DNA of 25,688 nt from Macrostomum lignano (lineage: Eukaryota). Positions 11,259 through 20,400 of this stretch are shown here, in pieces. Numbering within the stretch: the stretch's first letter is position 1; each line of letters opens with the position of its first letter. Both the position numbers and the translations under genes were made by a program. The notes under the pieces are model-generated. The model was not told the DNA's origin, did no database searches, and saw nothing but the letters and a program-made list of their open reading frames with translations. The stretch lies in NCBI GenBank assembly GCA_002269645.1, contig NIVC01005121.1, positions 1 through 25,688 on the forward strand. Reading direction: 5' to 3'.

Positions 11259-11947
11259 CCCCTGCTGCCTTCGGCGCCCACCTGGCGCCCTGCTGCCATC
11301 GGCGCCCGCCTGGCGCCCTGCTGCTATCGGTGCCCGCCTGGCGCCCTGCTGCTATCGGCGCACGCCTGGCGTTCTGCTGCCTTCGGCGCCCGCCTGGCGC
11401 CCTGCTGCCTTCGGCGCCCGCCTGGCGCCCTGCTGCCTTCGGCGCCCGCCTCGCGCCCCTGCCGCCTTCGGCGCCCGCCTGGCGCCCTGCTGCTGCCTTC
11501 GGCGCCCGCCTGGCGCCCTGCTGCTGCCTTCGGCGCCCGCCTGGCGCCCTGCTGCTGCCTTCGGCGCCCGCCTGGCGCCCTGCTGCCTTCGGCGCCCGCC
11601 TGGCGCCCTGCTGCCTTCGGCGCCCGCCTGGCGCCCTGCTGCCTTCGGCGCCCGCCTGGCGCCCTGCTGCCTTCGGCGCCCGCCTGGCGCCCTGCTGCCT
11701 TCGGCGCCCGCCCGGCGCCCGCCTGGCGCCCTGCTGCTTTCGGCGCCCGCCCGGAGACCGCTCGGCGACCTGCTGCCATCGGCGCCCGCTCGGCGACCTG
11801 CTGCCATCGGCGCCCGCTCGGCGACCTGCTGCCATCGGCGCCCGCTCGGCGACCTGCTGCCATCGGCGCCCGCTCGGCGACCTGCTGCCATCGGCGCTCT
11901 GCTGCCTTCGGCGCCCGCCTCGCGCCCCCGCCGCCTTCGGCGCCCGC
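11259..11947 (+). repeat. 28-bp GC-rich minisatellite (about 24 units) inside the LTR element
   Basis: Consensus tcggcgcccgcctggcgccctgctgcct: 23/28 G+C, no A, 4 CpG and two GGCGCC palindromes. 31-bp variants occur near 11480-11560 and a ctcggcgacctgctgccat variant near 11760-11890. Confidence 0.95.
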
Positions 11948-12005
11948 TCCTCGGCGCTCTCGCTGCCTCGGCTACCACCCGACGTTCGGGGCCTAGCTCG
12001 GTGCT

Positions 12006-12012
12006 GGGGGAG
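12006..12012 (+). promoter_or_regulatory. Polypurine tract
   Basis: GGGGGAG ending 3 nt before the TG that starts the 3' LTR. Confidence 0.7.
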
Positions 12013-12015
12013 CTG

Positions 12016-12292
12016 TGTGGCGGCCAGACTACGCGACCGGCAGCACCAGTGCAGCCGCACTGGAAACCCCCCCCCCGCCTCTGTCTAGCTGAGGTGGGGT
12101 GGGTACGCGCCAAGCTAGCCGGCTCGCTAAGCCGGGGGGGTTGGCGTAGCCAATCACGCCATGCCACCTTTTCGCACCTCCCTTGGCCCTCAATCTGGCG
12201 TTGTTTGTAAATCTCATATAAATACACGCGCAAAGCAGCACAAACTCTTCGCTGCCATTCCATCTATTGAAACAAAAAGGCCTTCCGCCTCA
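12016..12292 (+). repeat. 3' LTR (277 bp)
   Basis: Direct repeat of 10581-10855, followed by the TSD GTCT. Confidence 0.95.
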
Positions 12293-14973
12293 GTCTAGCT
12301 CTTTTTGACACATCCTTGATTCTAAAGGGCCCATTTATCGCTTCCCTCCCAGCCTCTGACGAGTACAAGTATGTTGTTTTATAGTTTCACCTTTCTTCGT
12401 GCACTTCTTATTTTGCCCGAGGGGGGGCTGTGGAAACGAGACTGGCTTGTCGAGAGGTTAAGCCTAAGTGTCTGTCGATCTGAAGACTCGCGCTAGCGAG
12501 ATGATACTTAGTGCTGGAGGCGGTACAAAGATTCTAGCTCTATTTTAGAGAGGAAATTATTATAGAGAGGACATTGCCAGCTAAAAAAAGAGAATGAAAA
12601 AGGAATATTTTAAATTGGATTTAGACGATGTCTTATCACCGCAGCTGTTTCTGTCTGCTGTCAAGTAGGTGCCGGATCTCTCCAATGAAGAGATTAAATA
12701 CTGGATCGATTATGTCCTTTCGATACAGTTAGTGCACTGAGATTATGTTCAATCGAATCGTCTCAGAATACTAATCGATTTCTAACTCTGCGGGAGGTAA
12801 TTTGTCTTGGTAAGGACAGTAAGCAAAGAAGATTACACTGCTAATCGATGTCTAAGGCCCATTGATTTTCAAGCTGCTCCCATGTGCACGTGTGTCTGCT
12901 CAAGGCTAGATATAACATGTAGTACGATTGAGGCTAGACTGATTAGCATTTCGGTGTCTCAGAGCAGCCCTTTAATTCAATAATTATAGTCGATTTCCAT
13001 GTCTGTTGTTTTCAATTTTCTAGTAGGGCTTCGTTTAGCCCTTGAGTCGTGCTCCAGTGATTTTAAGAGAAGACTTGTATCAGCAATGTTTCAGCAAGTT
13101 GCAAAGCTAAAATTTATTCAAGCAGAATCTTGCAATTAATCACTTGAGAGGCTTAAAAATCCTATTTTGAGTTAAAGGAACCTCCCATGGCTGACCAACC
13201 AGCCGTGTCTTAGTTGGGCTTCAATTTGCACTTTTGTCCGTTGCTCAGACACTTTGTTACTTTTATTTTTAATTTCCTCTTGAATTTTTCGGAGCCTATT
13301 ATCCATTAGGCCTATACTTTTGCCTAATGCCCGGTTTTATTCGAATATGTCTGAAACAGGAAGCTTTTTTAAAGAGATCGAGAATCTGTGGTGAGGGGCT
13401 GACTTTAAAGGCCTCTGAAATATTTTGCAGAAGTTTCTCTTGCAGTTTACTTGGGGGTTCAATCCGCATTGGGCTTCTCTATAGGCTTTGTAATCCAATC
13501 AGATTTCCATGCCAATGCTTGCATGCTGGCTCCCTTTTTGCCTACTAGTATTACCCTCTCTCTCTCTCTAATTCCCTATTCTCCGATTTCTTTCCTTCTC
13601 TGGGCAACAAGTTCTCTCTGCTATCAGCTTTATCGAGTTCTTATTTTCAGCATATACTACGAGCGTATTTATCTCACTATGGGATTCGCTCTGATTAAAG
13701 AGTTTAGTCGGCCGCGTGCGATTAGCGATCGCGTATATTTTATTTGTAGCTTGTTTATTTTCCTATTCTGCTTTACATTTCTTGGAAATTTTGTTTGGAT
13801 GCTTGAATTTGCGCTCAAATTTAATACCGCCGTTAATCAGAAAAAAATTAAAGCGTAGTCGATACGAACTCAAGTGCTCAATAGTACAAATTAAAGACTA
13901 AAAATAGAAAAAATGCCTAATCTTAAAATAATTTCCACCATTATACGAGCATATAGATTTTCCGGCAAGTTGGTTGTTCAATTACTTTCTGTTCAAATAA
14001 GTTACTGTCGCCACAATGAAGTATCGATTGATGCGGGCGACGCCTAATCTCATTAAATTTGTATTAGTTTGATCCGTACTGGTTCGCTTGCTAGCAATTT
14101 TCCCCTTAGATGCGGGAGTAGTTCCTGGAGTAGAAATTGGGACTAGCGATTTTCCCGTTGCGGGTGCGGGGAGTTTTGGTCAATCTAATTTGGCTGCACG
14201 GACTCTCGGCAACGATGGGCGCGGCGTCAACTTGCAATCCCGCGTTCTGTCCTGTTTTCCATATAGCTCTGCACTGGGTCCGTAGCAGCCTTAGTCCGAT
14301 GCCTCTGCCCCTCGCGTGCTGCGAGGTGAGTATTCGGGAAATAGGGGAGTGGGAAATTTTTGCCTGCTCGATTTTCTCCTCCCTTCATCCTCTTCTTCCT
14401 TAAATTTCCCCCCGTTCCGCGGATAAACTGCCTGTCCGCGCATCCTGCATGGTCCGCGTATGGGTGGGGCTACATGGGTTTTGGTAAGAGATCCTCTCCT
14501 GAAATTGTCGATTTTTCCTATGCGTTTCAGTTGCCAATAGGGGAGGCTGAGGTGGGGTAGGTAATTCGGTTTTAGACAATTCTCAACTGCAAGCCTAGAA
14601 GCCTGGCGTCGTTTCCCTCTTGACTTGGCGGTCGCTGCGACAGTGTCCAGTTTCCAGTTCTCACATGCATGAGGGTAGCGGGTCTCTCGATTTTTTTTGT
14701 ATTTCCCCTTTTTCCTCTTTGTGCTCACTGCATGTTGGGGGAAGACGGGTATTTTGAGACGTTTCCTATAATGGGAAGAAATGACTTCCTTAATTTCGTC
14801 TTTAGAGCGCTGAGAAACAAGCCAGGACAGACAGTGAACTAGGTCGAAAAGTTGATGCGGTGCAGCGTTTTTTAATTCTCAATTCGCCTTGATGACAGGG
14901 TGGCTTAGTCACCACTCGGGAATTACATTTGAAACCTATGACAAACACTAAATCCCGTGACACTTTTAAGGAA

Positions 14974-15522
14974 TCAAACAATCGGCATCTTCAGGCAATT
15001 ATACCAGAAAGAAGGTAATTTTTTAAGCCTAGTAAGCCAATATGATGCAAATAAGCAGGTATGGGTAGCAAAGTTAGATGGCACTGATTGAGAGGCAAGG
15101 GCATAGGTCAGGACACTCGCCCCTCTACCACCAAGTCGGATGTTCATGGCGGGCTTTAGCTGTTTAATGTACAACGCCTCAGGAATAGACAACTTCATAC
15201 TCTGGCGGTTGCGATCAATAATTTCAAAGGGCCTGTCAACAAAAAAGTGACAAAAATTGGACCTGGGATAGAAGAGAACAAGCAAGGGGATAATTAGGGC
15301 ATGTCTAACTTTTGCGCATTTGTTGCACATCAGGAGGTGGTCGTACACAGCGCTTGCTATTGCACAGTCCTCCTTAACCCGTGTGTGTAGGTGCTTTTCA
15401 TTTTTACCTATGTAAAACCCGCATTGCTCAGCAACGCTCGAGAATTTGTAGATGACTCCCGCACACAAGGTTTTCGGTACACTGGACTTGAGTCTGTCTA
15501 TTTGGTGGAGACGTTTGCTCAT
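14974..15522 (-). mobile_element. Decayed Penelope-like element fragment: GIY-YIG endonuclease domain
   Basis: The ORF reads GVIYKFS...CGFYIGKNEKHLHTRVKED...SAVYDHL...FEII...KLSIPEALYIKQLKPAMN. This matches the PLE endonuclease pattern (GIY, YIG, R..EH, EA..I...KP..N), but the usual T after YIG and the H of EH are substituted. No RT domain is seen upstream. Confidence 0.8.
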
Positions 15523-16007
15523 TAAGTGAGACTTGCTTTCACTAGGTGTTGATTATCTTGATTTATGTAGCACAGCTGTAGCTGTGATTTGCGTAATCAC
15601 AATATATCAGTATCTATCGATGGGAAATTGTCGCCGCCTGATCCTGTATTGACGTTTTTCCACTATTGCATTGCAATTGGAACTACATTCACTCTATAGT
15701 TTTTCACCTTAGCACTCCAGAACTTGCTACAAGTGTACTGTTAATATTTGTTGAATATCAACTCTCGATTTCGAAACATGATGTGGGGCAAGCGGCATAC
15801 ATCAGCTATTGACAGCAAGGTACTTTTATAATTTGCTACAGAATTCCCAGGGCTGCATGCATAGGATGCCGGCCACTAGCTGTATGGTTATAAAAGATTT
15901 TCAACTGTAAAAGATTACACGTGTTTTGAAATTTCGATTCTAGCCACACCTTTGACTAGAAATTTATTATTTTTAATGTAAAAATGCGCCCCGTCTGGTG
16001 TTCTGCA

Positions 16008-16083
16008 ATTGCGCAGCGCATCTGAGGGCTGCGCACAGCCTGTGCATAGTGCTGGCACTGCGGGGGGTCGTGACTCCACACCC
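16008..16083 (-). mobile_element. Truncated, diverged copy of the 3' body of the adjacent SINE, in inverted orientation
   Basis: 16008-16039 matches the reverse complement of 16351-16382 at 28/32, and all four differences are transitions. Similarity continues with gaps to the ggggggtcg...cacacc block, and an A-rich tail-like end lies near 15961-15985. Confidence 0.7.
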
Positions 16084-16140
16084 TGTACATGTATATGTCT
16101 GCTGCAGCTCAGACTGCTACCCTATCACAGTCTCACAGTG

Positions 16141-16437
16141 GGGGTTGTAGCCTAGTGGTTAGAGTGTCTGACTCACGACTGAAAGGTCGGGGATTCGATT
16201 CTTGACCCTTTCGCGGCACTTTGAACAATTTGTGTCCTTGAGCAAGACACAAATCTGCATTGCTTCAGTTCACTCAGCTGTAAAATGGGTGCCAGCATTA
16301 GCTGGGGTAATTGAGGGTGTGTGGCGACCCCCCAGTCCTTGGACTGAACAGCCGTACGCAGCCTTCAGATGCGCCGCGCAATAGCTGCCGCTGAGCTGTC
16401 GGTTGCACATCTGCCTATTGGGGCAGGTGTAATCAAC

Positions 16438-16491
<54 letters not shown>

Positions 16492-16502
16492 CATTATTAT
16501 TA
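16141..16502 (+). mobile_element. tRNA-derived SINE with a CORE-like central domain and an (ATT)n tail
   Basis: Pol III A box tagcctagtgg (16148-16158) and degenerate B box gattcgattct (16192-16202). Central tgtgtccttgagcaagacac...cagctgtaaaatgggt (16231-16290) resembles the MIR/AFC CORE consensus. It ends in a simple-repeat tail. Confidence 0.85.
16438..16502 (+). repeat. (ATT)~21 microsatellite, the SINE tail
   Basis: Read directly; one interruption near 16492. Confidence 0.95.
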
Positions 16503-16755
16503 CAACAGGGTGAACTGCAGCTCAGCCTAATTCGCCGCTAACTCGTGTTAGACGTTTTGAAAGATGACGCAAACAGCCTTATTAAGCTGCGTAGGAATCC
16601 CGGCCCCAATGCTGCTTAGCTTGCATACATGGATAACTCTGTAACACTAGCACAATATTACATGTATCTAATAAATATTTGTCCTTTTTCACTGGTTAAA
16701 ATTCCGAAATGTCATCTTAAATCTTCAGTGATAGCAAGTGTTTGGAGGACAAAAC

Positions 16756-17187
16756 ATGGAGCAGGCTCCTCAGCGGCAGCAGATGCAGAAACAGCAAATA
16801 ACCATTTTTGCTGTCTCTTCTCTCGCCTCCGCCGAGGCGATTGCAGCCGCTGAATTGCTAGCTTCAGCTCCTCTAATTGCTTGCGATCGTTGCAATTTGA
16901 AACTGCCGGCAGTAGACATGCCCAGTCATCGGCAGGTGTGCGTTGTCGATCCTGACTTGTTCGCCACTCTGGCCCTGCGGCCATCCACTGCGCCAGCTGA
17001 CTCTTACGGTTGTCCGGTGTGCGGCCGGTTTCAGGCCAGCGCGGCCAAGCTGGCTGAGCACAGAGCTCGATGGCATGATTTTACTGGGACTGGCAGTAAG
17101 CCGAAGTACAGGTGCCATCGGTGTCGATTGATCTGCGTTGGGGTTACTGGACTCAGGGAGCATATGCGGTTGAGACACGGCTCGTGA
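16756..17187 (+). CDS. Small intronless zinc-finger protein (143 aa): one C2HC and two C2H2 fingers
   Basis: ATG in an aaaacATGG context at 16756 (the track's 16738 start is non-ATG). Motifs are CDRC-x11-H-x3-C, CPVC-x12-H-x4-H and CHRC-x12-H-x4-H; TGA at 17185-17187. Confidence 0.8.
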   Translation: MEQAPQRQQMQKQQITIFAVSSLASAEAIAAAELLASAPLIACDRCNLKLPAVDMPSHRQVCVVDPDLFATLALRPSTAPADSYGCPVCGRFQASAAKLAEHRARWHDFTGTGSKPKYRCHRCRLICVGVTGLREHMRLRHGS

Positions 17188-17451
17188 CTGAATCTATAGT
17201 TTTTTTTCTATTTCTGATTTGTAGATCAGATAGCAAGTTGGATTGCTTTATTGGGGAATACCAATCCCAAAGAAGTTAAGAAGATCAGTTTTACGTCAAT
17301 AAGATCAAACTAAATTTTAGCAATTTTTCTACGAAATAACAGACTAACAACTTTCGAAAATGGCTGATGAAAAATGTATTTGTTTTAGTCGTTTTAGAGA
17401 AAATGATTAGATGTAGATGTTTAGATCATATGATACCGATAAAAAGGCCAT

Positions 17452-17918
17452 AAGGTGGGGCTAAAATAAACCTGTTTAGGTCCTAAGATTAGGCTAAAAT
17501 AGGCCCCTTTTAGGTCCTAAGATTAGGCTAAAATAGGCCCGTTTTATGTCCTAAGATTAGGCTAAAGTATGTTTATTTAGGTCCTAAGATTGGGCTAAAG
17601 TATGTTCATTTAGGTCCTAAGATTGGGCTAAAGTATGTTCATTTAGGTCTTGAGATTGGGCTAAAATAGGCCCGTTTTAGGTCCTTAGATTGGGCTAAGT
17701 AGGCCCGTTTTGTCATAAGATTGGGCTAAAGTAGGCCTGTTTTAGGTCCTAAGATTAGCCTAAAGTATGTTCATTTAGGTCCTAGGATTGGGCTAAAGTA
17801 TGTTCATTTTAGATCCTAAGATTGGGCTAAAATAGGCCCGTTTTATGTCAAGATTGGGCTGAAATCGGCCTGTTTTAGGTCCTAAGATTGGGCTAAAGTA
17901 TGTTCATTTAGGTCTTAA
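17452..17918. repeat. 33-34 bp minisatellite, about 14 units, two subtypes
   Basis: Shared taggtcctaagatt(a/g)ggctaaa followed by either ataggcccgttt or gtatgttcatt. Confidence 0.95.
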
Positions 17919-18672
17919 GCAAACGCGGGATTACTTTTGTTGGCTATACTGGTATATCGCTCAAATATTATTTCAAATTTTCGCTATAACGATGATTTTT
18001 TTTCACTATAAGTAGCAACGGATATTCTATAGATGTTCTTGCTCTATCCATGAGCGATTGAATTCCATTTATTAATACTACTAATTGAAGTCTGGTTTTT
18101 CACAATGCAACAGACTGCTTTCATTGTATAGAATATTATTTGTGTTGTTTGTGCTTGCTGCTGTATAAACATGTTGCTGCGCCTTTTGTTTTGCCAAAGT
18201 TTTCATGTGATTTTTATTTCGCGTCGCCTAATATTTTTCTGTGAATTCTTTCTTTTTCGCTTGCTTTGTTCGGGTTTCCTGTGCGTGCCATGCTCCCATA
18301 CATAACATTGATTTATTTCGCAACATTGATTGCTAAACCATATTGATCACATGTTTTTTCAAGTAAATTGTCTTTGAACTGTCTAAAAGTAGGCGCAATA
18401 AAACTAGCCCTTACGCTCGTACTCTATTATTTACATTAGTTCAATCTAACAACATCTAACTCGTATACCGCGTATTATCTACGATAATTGATGTAAGCTT
18501 TCATTTTACTGTCGTTTGATAGACAACTTTCAGATACCTTTGTTGTATCGATTTTACAATCAGGGAGTATGTATTGGTAAGAAGCAGTGTTTCCTCTGTA
18601 ATGCTCAGGAGGATGCTAGGAAATATTCTATGAAAGGTCATGAGCAACCCTATAAAACCTTAAACCCTATAC

Positions 18673-20079
18673 GATTCGGGCTGGCTCTCTCTGAAATGCT
18701 CGGCTGCGGTTCTGTGGAAGATTCGGGCTGCTGGCTCTCTCTGAAATGCTCGGCTGCGGTTCTGTGGAAGATTCGGGCTGCTGGCTCTCTCTGAAATGCT
18801 ATGGCTGCGGTTCTGTGGAAGATTCGGGCTGCTGGCTCTCTCTGAAATGCTCGGCTGCGGTTCTGTGGAAGATTCGGGCTGCTGGCTCTCTCTGAAATGC
18901 TCGGCTGCGGTTCTGTGGAAGATTCGGGCTGGCTTCTCTCTCTGAAATGCTCGGCTGCGGTTCTGTGGAAGATTCGGGCTGCTGGCTCTCTCTGAAATGC
19001 TCGGCTGCGGTTCTGTGGAAGATTCGGGCTGGCTTCTCTCTCTGAAATGCTCGGCTGCGGTTCTGTGGAAGATTCGGGCTGCTGGCTCTCTCTGAAATGC
19101 TCGGCTGCGGTTCTGTGGAAGATTCGGGCTGCTGGCTCTCTCTGAAATGCTCGGCTGCGGTTCTGTGGAAGATTCGGGCTGCTGGCTCTCTCTGAAATGC
19201 TCGGCTGCGGTTCTGTGGAAGATTCGGGCTGCTGGCTCTCTCTGAAATGCTATGGCTGCGGTTCTGTGGAAGATTCGGGCTGCTGGCTCTCTCTGAAATG
19301 CTCGGCTGCGGTTCTGTGGAAGATTCGGGCTGCTGGCTCTCTCTGAAATGCTCGGCTGCGGTTCTGTGGAAGATTCGGGCTGCTGGCTCTCTCTGAAATG
19401 CTAGGCTGCGGTTCTGTGGAAGATTCGGGCTGCTGGCTCTCTCTGAAATGCTCGGCTGCGGTTCTGTGGAAGATTCGGGCTGGCTTCTCTCTCTGAAATG
19501 CTAGGCTGCGGTTCTGTGGAAGATTCGGGCTGGCTTCTCTCTCTGAAATGCTCGGCTGCGGTTCTGTGGAAGATTCGGGCTGCTGGCTCTCTGAAATGCT
19601 CGGCTGCGGTTCTGTGGAAGATTCGGGCTGCTGGCTCTCTGAAATGCTCGGCTGCGGTTCTGTGGAAGATTCGGGCTGCTGGCTCTCTCTGAAATGCTCG
19701 CTGCGGTTCTGTGGAAGATTCGGGCTGCTGGCTCTCTCTGAAATGCTCGGCTGCGGTTCTGTGGAAGATTCGGGCTGCTGGCTCTCTGAAATGCTCGGCT
19801 GCGGTTCTGTGGAAGATTCGGGCTGCTGGCTCTCTCTGAAATGCTAGGCTGCGGTTCTGTGGAAGATTCGGGCTGCTGGCTCTCTCTGAAATGCTCGGCT
19901 GCGGTTCTGTGGAAGATTCGGGCTGCTGGCTCTCTCTGAAATGCTCGGCTGCGGTTCTGTGGAAGATTCGGGCTGCTGGCTCTCTCTGAAATGCTAGGCT
20001 GCGGTTCTGTGGAAGATTCGGGCTGGCTCTCTCTGAAATGCTAGGCTGCGGTTCTGTGGAAGATTCGGGCTGGCTCTCT
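18673..20079. repeat. 50-bp tandem array, about 28 units
   Basis: Unit gaaatgctcggctgcggttctgtggaagattcgggctgctggctctctct; period measured as 50 (18693 to 18743). There are no unique spacers. Confidence 0.97.
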
Positions 20080-20400
20080 ATATCAAATCTCCGCCCTGAT
20101 CACGCCCAATATATTGCGTGATGGTGTAAAATGTCTTCCTTTTTTCTATATGGTTATCATGCCTTCAGCGTGTCAGACTCTTTATTAACTTTAGCGCATA
20201 GAATATTTTGGGACAGAAAAATTGCTTCATATCGTGCCTGATTTGACATGCCAGCGGTCACGTTCTAATTCGTGCTTTTAGGTATAGCCTAGTCGGAATG
20301 GAGAGTGTTAAGTTGCTTGACGGAGAAAATATAGAATGTTTGTCGGGAATAGGGCGACAGCTTTCGGTGTGCTGAACAGTAGGGTCCCACATGTTTCCGT

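Larger units (their letters stand above)
10581..12292 (+). mobile_element. Complete non-autonomous miniature LTR retrotransposon (TRIM-like), 1712 bp, probably Ty3/gypsy-derived
   Basis: Two TG...CA direct repeats (275 and 277 bp) and a 4-bp TSD GTCT (10577-10580, 12293-12296). A PBS lies 1 nt after the 5' LTR and a PPT just before the 3' LTR. The 1160-bp interior has no recognisable gag/pol domain. Confidence 0.93.

Noticed and set aside
10371-12263. Many overlapping long ORFs (up to 340 aa) on both strands
   Set aside because: They arise from stop-free GC-rich minisatellites and the LTRs. They are open in nearly all frames, repetitive, and have no recognisable domain.
12480-12510. CTGAAGA followed by a perfect 5-bp hairpin (ctcgc-gcta-gcgag) as a hammerhead
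   Set aside because: No GAAA follows and no stem I or III can be built. Other CTGANGA hits (2765, 6870, 12356, 17364, and minus-strand hits near 5050 and 16725) fail in the same way.
13451-13858. 135-aa hydrophobic ORF and neighbouring short ORFs
   Set aside because: The hydrophobicity reflects T-rich DNA; non-ATG start, no motif and no splice support.
14400-14470. Degenerate CCHC knuckle (GPCRMRGQAVYPRNG) in the minus-strand ORF
   Set aside because: Only one of four ligands is present and the spacing does not fit.
16141-16212. Functional tRNA gene
   Set aside because: The T arm is non-canonical (A where G53 is expected, poor stem), the anticodon stem is weak, and the sequence continues into a SINE body and tail.
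16270-16494. 74-aa ORF with poly-Ile
   Set aside because: It is the antisense translation of the (ATT)n SINE tail.
16102-16525. ctgcagctcag direct repeat (16102-16112, 16515-16525) as the SINE target-site duplication
   Set aside because: The copies lie 28 bp before the head and 12 bp after the tail, not flush with the element ends.
18673-20079. CRISPR array, or coding ORFs at 18516-18794 and 19498-19847
   Set aside because: Units are head-to-tail with no unique spacers, there are no cas genes, and the context is eukaryotic. The ORFs are translations of the repeat. The same applies to the arrays at 17452-17918 and 22783-23286.
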